Below the pieces are notes generated by a model. The model was not told the DNA's origin. It saw nothing but the letters and a program-made list of their open reading frames with translations, and made no database searches. A program made the translations under genes and the position numbers. This document shows, piece by piece, positions 1 to 9,700 of a stretch of 20,197 bases of DNA. Position 1 is the first letter of the stretch. Each line of letters begins with the position of its first letter. The DNA is from Craspedostauros australis (lineage: Eukaryota), in contig JALAGF010003802.1 of the NCBI GenBank assembly GCA_030167865.1, positions 62,001 to 82,197 of the forward strand. Direction: 5' to 3'.

Positions 1-600
1 CCATTGCCCCGGCACGACGTCGAAGGCGGACTTGTACCCGCACGGCACGCGCTGCAACGTGAAGGGCAGGATGTGGCCATCGACGTGCGCCACGCAGACG
101 GCCTCATCGCGCGAGACTTCGACGACGAGGCCGCGCTTCCAGCCATGCGCCACGGGGATCATGTCGAGGGAGGTGACCATGGTGATGGCCGGCACGCCGC
201 GATTCCAGAGATGCTGCGTCATGGCCTTTTCCCAGGTGCGCTGCGGATGTATGGCGTGCACGACGACGAAGCGACGCGACGATGCCTTGATCATGAGGCG
301 GTCGAAGATGTCGTTGACCATCGGCGACAGATGGGCGTACCAGTCGGCCTCCGATCTGTACGAGTCGCCGGCAGTCGCGTTGTTCTCGTCCTCGTCGAGC
401 AGGATGGGGATGACGAACTGCGGCTTGAACTGCTCGGCGTATCCGATGCGCACCACCGATGCGCCGATGTCCAGAACCACGGGCGGTCTCGAGATGTTGA
501 ACGACGAGGATGCGCTCGAGGATCTAGACGAGATGTACCGAGCAACGCGCTTCGATGTCAGCTTGGGGTTGCGCAATGGCATGGTCTTGCCGTCCACCAT
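1..600 (-). CDS. Actin-related protein, probably Arp10/Arp11 (ACTR10, dynactin pointed-end)-like; 3' part lies beyond the window start
   Basis: Hand translation from ATG 600 (alternative ATG 582) is open to base 1: MVDGKTMPLRNPK...PPVVLDIGASVVRIGYAEQFKPQFVIP...DWYAHLSPMVNDIFDRLMIKASSRRFVVV...LWNRGVPAITMV...GWKRGLVVEVSRDEAVCV. This matches the actin phosphate-1 motif (VxDxGxxxx[KR]xG[FY]A...P) and a degenerate phosphate-2 strand, with a short subdomain-2 region. It is missing from the ORF track because no stop lies in the window. Confidence 0.8.
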   Translation of the reverse strand, partial: MVDGKTMPLRNPKLTSKRVARYISSRSSSASSSFNISRPPVVLDIGASVVRIGYAEQFKPQFVIPILLDEDENNATAGDSYRSEADWYAHLSPMVNDIFDRLMIKASSRRFVVVHAIHPQRTWEKAMTQHLWNRGVPAITMVTSLDMIPVAHGWKRGLVVEVSRDEAVCVAHVDGHILPFTLQRVPCGYKSAFDVVPGQW

Positions 601-802
601 CTTTGCTGCAGGATGGATTGCTTTAGAACTTTATATATAATAATATTATAGAATAGTTGTATAATACTACTGTATGGGCCGCAATGCAGACAAGCTGGGG
701 TACGATGCTTGTTTGTGTGGCTGATGGGAGTGGTGGGGTGCTGCAACTGCAACTATGAGATCGCGGCAAGTAGAGAAAGGAGAAGAGTTGGATCACCGTT
801 GT

Positions 803-819
803 GTTGTTGTTGTTGTTGT
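803..819. repeat. (GTT)n microsatellite
   Basis: About five and a half consecutive GTT units in intergenic DNA. Confidence 0.7.
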
Positions 820-1483
820 GGTAACAAATAGCATGTCCTCACTTCTGTTTCCACGATCGTGTCCACGAGTATTAGTGTGTCCCTCATCAAACAAATCCAC
901 GATAGAGGTCTATCAATCAAAGATAGAAGTAGACAAGATAGGTGCTTCTCCACAGAGCAATTTCAAAGCTGCAACCAACAGCTGCCCAGCGAGTACTCTA
1001 CTCTCTTTGTATGGTCCAATCAAGAGGCACAAGAGAACAGGAATGGCCAAACTAAGGTTTGCTCCCCGGAGATCTTTCGATCCCCGAATTGATCCCGAAG
1101 TCCATCACAAATGGCAAACCCGAAGATTGGTACTCATCCAAAGCAAGGCTACTACACTCTCAGGCACTCAAGTGTCTGTCGTTGTACCACGCCAAGAGCG
1201 GAATCGTGCGATAAGAATGGTTGGGATAGCTGCTACTCGTTGAGAGATTGATTTGGATGTGGCGTATGTGTACCAAGGCGCCAAGGAATGCTTGTGTAAT
1301 AAAAGTGATCGTAAAATAGTTGTATGTACATGTGAAGCATCGTCGGTCCATGTGTTCACCATCTGCTGTCGATTGGTCAAAACTGTTGTGTGCATGTATG
1401 CAATGGTGAAGATGAGGTTGGACGTCCCCAAGCAGTGAGAGAGAGGTTTTGTGACCGTTTGCTCGCAATTCCCCTTTGGCCGC

Positions 1484-1912
1484 TCAGCGTACGCTCGTTG
1501 TTGGATACTGTGATGGTGGTGGCGGTGTCGATGCTGGCTTGCTGGACGATGCGACTGCTGTCGGTCTGGCTGCGGCGGATGCATGTTTCGCATGCCGACG
1601 TGCCATGTGAACGACGAGAACGCGCTGCGCCCGTCGCCAGTAGTCTTGTCCCACTGCCGTTTTGAGTTGCCTGTAGAGTGCTGGCAACAAGGGGAGGAAT
1701 GCTGGATCGCTTTGGCGGGATTTGTGGATGCATGCTGCGACGATGTGACGGCAGTTGCAATGCAATTCGTTGCTCTCGCTCTTCAAGATCCGCAGGAGGA
1801 TGCGAAGGAAGATCATGAAGATGACCTTGGGGTGGGTTTCATGAGATCGCTGCTGCAGGCTGTGCCTGTGATGAGAGTGCGGCTCCTGCTTGACGTGCTT
1901 GGTGGGGGCCAT
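1484..1912 (-). CDS. Hypothetical 142-aa helical protein of a diatom-typical family
   Basis: ATG 1912 (ACCATGG context) lies within ORF 1484..2329. The core FMIFLRILLRILK...CRHIVAACIHKSRQSDPAFLPLLPALYRQLKTAVGQDYWRRA matches a pattern I recall from diatom predicted proteins (F..F..IL.K.L...IV..C...R..DP...PL......L...VG...W.RA). The upstream part of the ORF looks like UTR or promoter. Confidence 0.7.
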   Translation of the reverse strand: MAPTKHVKQEPHSHHRHSLQQRSHETHPKVIFMIFLRILLRILKSESNELHCNCRHIVAACIHKSRQSDPAFLPLLPALYRQLKTAVGQDYWRRAQRVLVVHMARRHAKHASAAARPTAVASSSKPASTPPPPSQYPTTSVR

Positions 1913-2458
1913 GGTGGATTGGTTTGAAAGAGTTGTTGGGACAAGAGTATTGTATGGTCGCCGTGTCCGTCTGCTGGTTGGATGAGATGGTAGGGTGGAG
2001 TAACGGAGTGTGCTTGGTTGCTTTGTTGATTTTTTTCTGTCTTTTGTGTTGGCAATCATCCTTTTTGTGAGCACAAAACAGCAGATTGCCGATACGGTTG
2101 AAGAGTTTGGTCTGCGATGCGGACGAAAGAGGCCTCGCCTCGCCGAAGCAACACATGCACCAACCTCGGACTTCGTGTTTCTTCCAGTACTTGCACTTTG
2201 ATCCACATGAAATCTCGTGGAATCGCGAAGTCCGACGAGTTGCGACCCGAAGCGCTGAATCGACAGGGCTTCTGGTTTTCGCGCGCCGCAGACAGTGGAC
2301 AATCGGGATTGGGATTGCCGATGCGGCAATCAAACGAACAAGAGGACAGAGAGGGAGAGGCGTGCGTGCGTGTGCGTGTGGCCAAGTCCCTCCACCGCTG
2401 CGTCCAAAGAAACGACCCAGACAGGACCTTCACGTCACTCTGCGCTTCATTGTTCTCT

Positions 2459-3106
2459 TCACGCACGAACGTCGTTGATTCGGACGAGCTCGAGTTCCTG
2501 AAAGACGATTGTCGCATTCGGTGGGATCTCTGGAGGATTTCCCCGCTCGCCGTACGCGAACGGATACGGCACGGTCACCTCCACTTGCTGGCCGAGGTGC
2601 ATTCGCTGCACGGCAACCTCCAGTCCTTGGATGACGTGATGCGCTCCAAGCCGGAACTCCAGCGGCTGATCGCGCTCGCGCGTATCGTCGATCACGACCT
2701 CCTTTTCTCGTTCGTATTGATCATCGTCGTCGCTGCAATGATCATCATCGCCACCACCATCGTTGTGCTCTGTCTCTGGGCCTTGCCCTGCTCCTGATCT
2801 CTCCGCCTGGTTGCCATCCTGGTGGCTCCTGGAACGATCGTTGCCATCATCTGCGTTGCCGCCTCTATTGTCGCCATTGTCGTCTACCTCCAGAACACAT
2901 CGATAGTGGACGAAACAGTTGTCGCCGTGGACCGGACGTAGCGCGGGCTTCTCGTCGCGATGGTGGCGATGAATGTCATTGGCTTCTGGTTCGTTGTCGC
3001 CGCCTTTCTTGGAGTTGGGGCTTCGTGACGGCTTCAGCACGCGGATCAGAATCCCGGCGCCTTGCTTCGATTGCGAGACGGGATAGTTGGGCAGCGTGAC
3101 AACCAT
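2459..3106 (-). CDS. FKBP-type peptidyl-prolyl cis-trans isomerase with two loop insertions
   Basis: FKBP12-like motifs occur in order: PVHGDNCFVHY, IDDTRERDQPLEFRLG, VIQGLEVAVQRMHLGQ, FAYGERGNPPEIPPNATIVF.ELEL. Confidence 0.92.
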   Translation of the reverse strand: MVVTLPNYPVSQSKQGAGILIRVLKPSRSPNSKKGGDNEPEANDIHRHHRDEKPALRPVHGDNCFVHYRCVLEVDDNGDNRGGNADDGNDRSRSHQDGNQAERSGAGQGPETEHNDGGGDDDHCSDDDDQYEREKEVVIDDTRERDQPLEFRLGAHHVIQGLEVAVQRMHLGQQVEVTVPYPFAYGERGNPPEIPPNATIVFQELELVRINDVRA

Positions 3107-3591
3107 CGGATGCGACTTCTCGTGGTGCCGGGAATGTGGGAAGAGACCCTTGTTCTCTCGCTTGTTCTGTTGCCGTTGAGGCTTCTCTCTCTCCCTTGCC
3201 CTTCCCTTGGCTTTGTGTGTGTGTTGTGTGTTGTGAGTTGTGTGTTGGTCTTCGTTTCTTGTTTCTGTTCTGTGGGAGTTTCTGGTGGCGAAGAGACAAT
3301 AGCGAATTGACAGTCATCGGATGTCCTATTCAGGATAAAATTATGGAAAGAGTGAATTTGCCAATATGCTAACATGTGATATTGACTACATCGACTCAAC
3401 TACTCTTTGATTGCTCTCGACCAACCAACCCAACAAACAAGGAAATCAAGCATCGCTGTGACCAACATAACCCTCACAAACAATCACCACGAGAGAACAA
3501 ATCGACAATGGCGGAACGAGGGTAGCCACAAGTCCAGCAACACTCAACACGCATTGTGGCAAGTCCACGTCCCCACTTTGTGTCATACACC
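3107..3591. promoter_or_regulatory. Putative bidirectional promoter region between the FKBP and RRM genes
   Basis: 485-nt spacer between head-to-head start codons. CA-rich leader-like tracts face each gene, with an AT-richer core. No specific element identified. Confidence 0.45.
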
Positions 3592-4821
3592 ATGGCGAAG
3601 AAAAAGTCGAAAGCGCAAATCAAGCGCATGCAACAGCGTGCTGCGGCTCGTGGTGAAACGTACGAGCCACTGCAGGCAGAGACGGCTGCCACAGATACGG
3701 AAGAGTCGGCTTCAACGAAAACGGCTGATGGCAACGGCGAGAACGATGCGGCGGGCGACGATTCGCAAAAGTGCCAGGCCTATCAGACCTATCAAGAGGA
3801 ACTGAAACGAATCGAGGCCGACGAGACGCTCAAATCCAAGGAACGCCGTTCCGCCAAACGCAAGGCGGATGCCATCGTCATGGAGAGCACCAAGTTTGAG
3901 AGCATCGAGGACCTGGAGAGCTGGTACAAGCAGTACATCAAGGCCAACCCAACGATGAAGCCATCGAAGAACAAAGCGAAACAGGACGGCGAGAAGAAGA
4001 TTCCGTACATTGCATTCTTCGGTCAGCTGTCCTTCAGCACGACGCAGGAGACCCTGGCCGAGCACATCAAAAAGGAGCTGGGCAAGGAGATCAAGATGAA
4101 GGCGCTGCGCATCCGCATGCTGACGGATTCCAAGACGAAGAAATCGCGCGGCATGGCATTCGTCGAGGCCGACACGCCCGAATCACTCTACCTCCTGCTC
4201 AAGCTGCATCACACCTACCTCGAAGGACGTCGCATGAATGTCGAGCGCAGCGCTGGCGGTGGCAGCGAACGGCGCAAGCAGAAGATCCAGCAATTCCGCC
4301 AAGAGCAGGAGGCGTACTTTGAAGATGTCATTGACAAGATCCTGCAAGAGTACAAGAAGACTGGAGAACTGCGCGAGGACGAGCTGGATGAAGGTGTCAT
4401 CGGTCTGTGCCGGCGCCATTCTGCCACAGTGGTGCAAGCGGCGTTGACGCGGTACATCGAAGGCAACGGCAGGGACATGGACAATCCCAGTGCCTTCCTG
4501 TCGCATTTGGTCACGAAGTTCGCAGAAGAAGGCATCTTTGATGAACCGCCGCACAAGAAGGGTGGTGGCAAGCAACGCGGCGGAGGCAATGACAACTCGC
4601 ACGACGACTACTACAAGAACAAGAGACGGATGACCGACAAGAAGGAAGGCGGCAGCACGCAGACTGCGGATGCCTCGTCGCACAAGAAGTTCAAGATCAG
4701 TTCCGAGTTTGGCAAGGCCGGCATCAACATGTCGGCCAGTGAGAACGTTCGCGGTGGCAACTCATCGCAGCTCACCAGCATCTTTCCATCTGCGCGCAGG
4801 GGGAGAGGTAGAGGTCATTGA
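3592..4821 (+). CDS. Nop6-like single-RRM RNA-binding protein with C-terminal hnRNP Q acidic (NURR)-like domain, 409 aa
   Basis: Likely start is ATG 3592 (ACCATGG; MAKKKSK). RNP2 is IAFFGQL and RNP1 is RGMAFVEA, followed by LKLHHTYLEGRRMNVERSAGGG...RKQKI as in fungal Nop6-type proteins. The N-terminus is Lys-rich and the protein ends in an RGRGRG tail. Confidence 0.88.
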   Translation: MAKKKSKAQIKRMQQRAAARGETYEPLQAETAATDTEESASTKTADGNGENDAAGDDSQKCQAYQTYQEELKRIEADETLKSKERRSAKRKADAIVMESTKFESIEDLESWYKQYIKANPTMKPSKNKAKQDGEKKIPYIAFFGQLSFSTTQETLAEHIKKELGKEIKMKALRIRMLTDSKTKKSRGMAFVEADTPESLYLLLKLHHTYLEGRRMNVERSAGGGSERRKQKIQQFRQEQEAYFEDVIDKILQEYKKTGELREDELDEGVIGLCRRHSATVVQAALTRYIEGNGRDMDNPSAFLSHLVTKFAEEGIFDEPPHKKGGGKQRGGGNDNSHDDYYKNKRRMTDKKEGGSTQTADASSHKKFKISSEFGKAGINMSASENVRGGNSSQLTSIFPSARRGRGRGH

Positions 4822-5352
4822 TACGAGTAAAATGTGGAGTACCGGCAACTGCCAGTTCGTTCCGTATTCGATCGAATGGGGCATCATGTTTGTAGGTGCA
4901 TCGTTCAGAGACCTCCAACCATTGCAATGTCATCGAGTCCAACGAAACTAGAAGGAAGAGTGTTTGAATGTGATTGATTGCAATGATATCCGCGTAATGC
5001 CATCTGTTTTATTAGAGAAGTAATGGACTTCTTCAGACATTGTGGAAGCGCGACTGTTGATGTGAGGAAGAGCAATGTTATGAACATGAGCTACGTTCGA
5101 ATTTCGTAGTATGGTAATGTCATACAGTCTGGTCTTCGTTCGGCTGAGTGCCGTCATCGCGCGAAAATACCGCCACGCATTTTGTCCTTCACATCTTCGG
5201 ATTGCCCATCAATCGGCATTTCTCATTCATGGTTCAACACAAGATACCAAAGATCGCAGCGGGAGCACTGTGTGGCAAGGAGACTCTGTTGTGCAAGGAG
5301 GAGGCACATCATCATCAGATACAAGGGCAGATCCAAACGTTGTCACGATACC

Positions 5353-6513
5353 ATGATGGTGCTTCCCACCCAAAGCTCGCGGTGGTCGCTTTGGGTGCCA
5401 TTGGCACTCTGGATCCTACATGCAACGTCTGCGTTCCAGGTTGGATCGGTGGGTTGCGCAGGAAGGTGCCAAAGATGCTACCATCCATTGACTCGGATGG
5501 CATCCAACAGCGGCAACGCCGCCACGCCAACCGAACGGAAACCATCCGTCGCCGTCGTGGGAGCGGGTGCCGTTGGCGCATACTACGGCACGCGCCTTTG
5601 GGAGACCGGCCTGTACGACGTCAAGTACTTCATGCGCGGTGAGCACTACACGACGAGCAAGCGGCAAGGCCTCAACGTCACGTCCGTCAAAGGCGACATG
5701 TTCATCCCGCCGGAGGAACTGCAAGCCTACGACAGCACCGAGGACATTGGACCCGTCGATTGGGTCCTCGTCTCCGTGAAGAGCTCCGCGTTGCAAGTCA
5801 TCCCGGAGCTCATCGCGCCGTTGCTGATTCCGAAGAAGACGCGTGTACTCGTCATCATGAATGGGCTGATCGAGGAAGATTTACTGGCCGCCCTGCAATC
5901 CTACTCGCCGCCCGCCGCCTTGTACGGTGGCATGGCATTGGTCTGCAGCAATCGGCTGGGACCAGGTCATATTGATCATTCCTACGCGGGATTGTTGAGC
6001 GGTGGCGTTGCGGTGTCGTCGACTGAGGAGGATCATCAAACGGCTTTCGAAGCGTTGTGGGAGAGTGCCAAGGTCGACATCCAATTCGAATCCAGTTTGT
6101 TGGCGGGTCGATGGCGCAAGAATATGTGGAACTTGCCATTCAATGGCATCTCTGTCGCGATGGGCGGCATCACGGTGGACAAGATCGTCAACGATCCTGA
6201 TCTGCGGTGGTTGGCGGGGCAGATCATGGACGAGACGATCGCCGTTGGCAACGCGGAGCTGAAGGAGGCAGGATACGATGAATCTGTCTATCTCGGAGAG
6301 AAGGACAAGAAAAATATGTTCGACCTGTCCGACGCCATGGGACCGTACAAGACGTCGACGATGCTGGATTTGACAGAACGCCGTCCCATGGAGGTCGAGT
6401 ACCTCTTCAAGAAGCCGGTGGAACGAGCGAAGCGTATCGGCGTTCCGGTGCCTCACCTTGAGACGCTGGTGACTCAGATCAAGGCATTCCAGAGTATGTA
6501 TGATCTGTTTTAA
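5353..6513 (+). CDS. panE: 2-dehydropantoate 2-reductase (ketopantoate reductase, PanE/ApbA family) with bipartite plastid-targeting presequence
   Basis: Rossmann motif VAVVGAGAVGAYYG; DWVLVSVKS; MNGL; WRKNMWNLPFN (catalytic Lys); STMLD...RPMEVE (catalytic Glu). Start at ATG 5353 gives a signal peptide ending HATSA|FQV followed by a Ser/Arg-rich transit-like stretch. Confidence 0.92.
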   Translation: MMVLPTQSSRWSLWVPLALWILHATSAFQVGSVGCAGRCQRCYHPLTRMASNSGNAATPTERKPSVAVVGAGAVGAYYGTRLWETGLYDVKYFMRGEHYTTSKRQGLNVTSVKGDMFIPPEELQAYDSTEDIGPVDWVLVSVKSSALQVIPELIAPLLIPKKTRVLVIMNGLIEEDLLAALQSYSPPAALYGGMALVCSNRLGPGHIDHSYAGLLSGGVAVSSTEEDHQTAFEALWESAKVDIQFESSLLAGRWRKNMWNLPFNGISVAMGGITVDKIVNDPDLRWLAGQIMDETIAVGNAELKEAGYDESVYLGEKDKKNMFDLSDAMGPYKTSTMLDLTERRPMEVEYLFKKPVERAKRIGVPVPHLETLVTQIKAFQSMYDLF

Positions 6514-6701
6514 TTGTAATTAGAGTGAGTGAGTGAGTGTGCTAGCAGAGTAAAGAGATTATTGTATCATACGAGTACACAGATGAGCGCAACAACTATT
6601 ATATTTGTACATGATATTAGAACGACACGAAAGACAGGTCGGCGAAGAGCACCTGCAATGCTGTAATTGTATAATAACATGTACAAGTAAGTCGAAACGC
6701 T

Positions 6702-9700
6702 CTACTTCTTGTTCGTTTTCTTGCCACGTCCGAACCACCGAAATCCCTTCTTGTCACCCAAGCTCTTTTCTGAACTGCTGGAGCTATCGCCGCGCTGCAA
6801 CTTGGGCTTGCTGATGAGATTGCTGTTCTTCTGCGCCATACCAGAGAGTGGTGCCGGGATGGTCTGCGAATGGATATTCAGGATGCTGTCGTCATTCGTC
6901 GCCACGATGGGACCAATGTACCGAATGAAGGCAAGTTCGACACCGTTCTCGCGTCGTGAATTGGCAACCTTGGAACAGATATCATCCACCTTGACACGGT
7001 ACATGATGGATCCGTTGATCGCGGCGAGCTGATCGCCGGCCTTCACTTCACCGCTATGTGCCGCGCTTCCGGACGGTGATACTTTGGTCACCCAGCATCC
7101 GCCGTCGTTCTCCAGGAAGACGACTGTGCGTGATGTGGTACCATACGAGTGGAGGAAGGAGGTAAAAAAGCAAACCACCAAATCGGTAAGCGAGTGTACA
7201 CAGCATGACCAAAGCAATTCAAGAGTGAGTTGTGAATGTCGGCAATGAAAAGAGACCATCGTGTTGCATCTCCAACCCAGCCGCAATCACAGTCACTGAC
7301 ATCATCATAGCGCAGCACAACACAGCACAGGACAATACTCACTTCCAAGCGGCAACGTCAATTCCACGACACAGAACTTGATGTGCGTGTAGAGATCGAG
7401 CGTGTGCGATTCATCGTAGACGAGACCAAGTGATTCGTGCAATGATTTGGCCGCATAGAGGGCAAATTCGGCAATGCGTTCATCTCCGTCGAGATCGGTG
7501 GACGACGCAAATCCGTCCTCCCGGAACTGACGAGATCGATTTGCAGAATGGCTTGTGGATTGGCTTTGGGCATCGGATTGGTCCATGATCTGGAGATGAG
7601 GAAGACAGAGAGGAACAACAATGAATTGCATGGATGCACAATAACAACAAGACAGTATGTGAGGTTGTGAACTTCAATGCTTTGCACACCACAACAATCC
7701 AAACAAGAGCCAAACCCAAATACTCTCCAAACGCACGCACGCACGTACCGTGGATGTATCGTCGGGACCGTACAGCATGTTCTGTGCATAATCCACAAGG
7801 TCTCTAAATCCATCCTGCTGATTCTGCGTGTTGGGCGCACAATGATTCGGCGGGCACGTGGAATCGTCGTCGGATCGCACCACAGCCGGCGATTCGTTGT
7901 ATCCAATCGCCGTCGACAAGGCGGTCCAGACGGCCGTGAGGGTACTGTCGTCCGTCTCTTTCGCCAGCTCTTGCGTTTGCGGTTCTTTCAGTGGTTCGCG
8001 CGCCGTATGCTCGTCGTCGTCCCCTTCGCCCCACATTACGCCACAAGGTTTCGGTTTGGTGCTATCGCCAATTTGGAACATGTTCATCATGAGGTCTTCA
8101 AATTCGGTCGACTGTTCATGGTCGGATGGTTCGAAATGATGCACGGTGGCGTGCTTATGAAACGAGACGGCCGCGGCCTTCTTGTTGTTTGATTTGCCAC
8201 CATGACGCAGGCTGGATTGTCGTGGACGTGGCTTGCTTTCGTCCGTGGAGGAAGGTTGTTCATCGCTTGGCTCATCGTCGTCATATTGCTCTTGATGTTG
8301 GGGCTGCTGTTGTTGTTGCTTGCGCCGCGACGCCCATGCCTGCGCTGCTCGTTGTTGCAAGTTGGTGACGTGGGCCTTCCTCTGCGGTGATGTATTGTAT
8401 GCTTCGATGGAAGTGTCGTCATCGTCTTCATCATTTGCAGGAGTTTGCATGCGACGATGCTTGAGAATGGGCTTGCTGTTCGAATTGGATTCTTGCGACG
8501 ACGCGAGTTTCAATGCCGCGGGTTCCGGGATGGTCTGCATCTTGCGCAGCTGCTGGATGTAGCGCGTCGGACGTGGGTGTGACGATTGCTGCGACTGCGA
8601 CAACGTCGACACGGAGTTCAACGATCCCATGTAGCCGCTGTGGTCAACGGAGATGGCACCGGAAGCTTCATCGTGCGTGCAGTCGTGGCTTTCTGTGTCG
8701 ATCGGATGCGTGGTGGTGATGACACGTTGTTCCGCAAAATCGAACAAAGAATCTTCGTCTTTGATGTTGTTGTTGGAGAACTTGTTGTGGGACGAGTTGT
8801 CGACGGACCTGACGGAGACGGCCGTGATGATCTGCAGGGATTCGTCGTCCTCCTGATCATCGTCGATTTGCATGCCATCGCTGATGTAATCCATCTGGCG
8901 CGAGACTGGCTGCGAGGTCTCGCGCGACACGCCCATGGGCAGATCGATCTCATCGAGGTCCTCGTCGTAGTCGTACTTGTTTGATGAGCTCGACCACGAG
9001 GTTGTGGACTGTGATGCATTGGCGGCTGGTCGGCTGTGCTTGGGCTTGGACAGGATGGGGACGGGCTGTCGCGTCGTGCGGGTGGCAGGCGGGACGTAAC
9101 GCATGTAGGGCTCCTGCTTGAAGGCGTCCATGTACATGCTGCTGTTGGTGCCATCATGGCTTTCCAGGGCCGACACATCATCGTTGTTGGCATGCACCGT
9201 GATGACGCGGCCTTCCTTGGTGTGGTGCGTGATGTTCTTTGCAGCAGTGGCGTGCGACGAGGATGGGAGTGTGCGTGGCTGGGCTGCTGCGGTTCGTCTC
9301 GTTGCATGCTCCTGGTTCTCACGGATGGGCGACATCTGCGGCGGGATGTAGTGACGAATCTGATTGCCGGGATACTCCTGACTTTGCGAGGTCATGCTAT
9401 CGACCTGCACATCAAATGGCAGGCTCTCATCGTCGTCATCGTCATCATTGCCGTCATTCTCATCGTCCATCCCATCCGGGTTGACCATGAAGGACTGCTG
9501 GTAGGCCGCATCGACGTTGTCGTTCCTGTATTCGTAGGAGACCTTATTCGCAGCTTCGAGTTGGTCCTTGCGTTCCTGCTCACGTTGCTGTTCAAGTTCC
9601 CGCTCACGTTGCTGCTCGCGTTGTTGCTCACGTTCCTGCTCGTACTCCTGCAGCCTCTGCCTTGCCAGCTCACGAATCATGGACCTCGTGTGTCGTTTGG

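Noticed and set aside
4..651. Plus-strand ORFs of 215 and 202 aa
   Set aside because: They are antisense shadows of the minus-strand actin-related gene and have no recognisable motifs.
755..1243. 162-aa plus-strand ORF
   Set aside because: It contains a GTT microsatellite, lacks the C/G-ending codon bias of the real genes and has no motif.
5182..5352. N-terminal extension of the PanE ORF
   Set aside because: Non-ATG start; ATG 5353 places a signal peptide at the N-terminus.
7674..7748. Hydrophobic C-terminus (SIWVWLLFGLLWC) of the 890-aa ORF as a tail anchor
   Set aside because: It is read-through into a T/G-rich intron with a good GTACGT donor.
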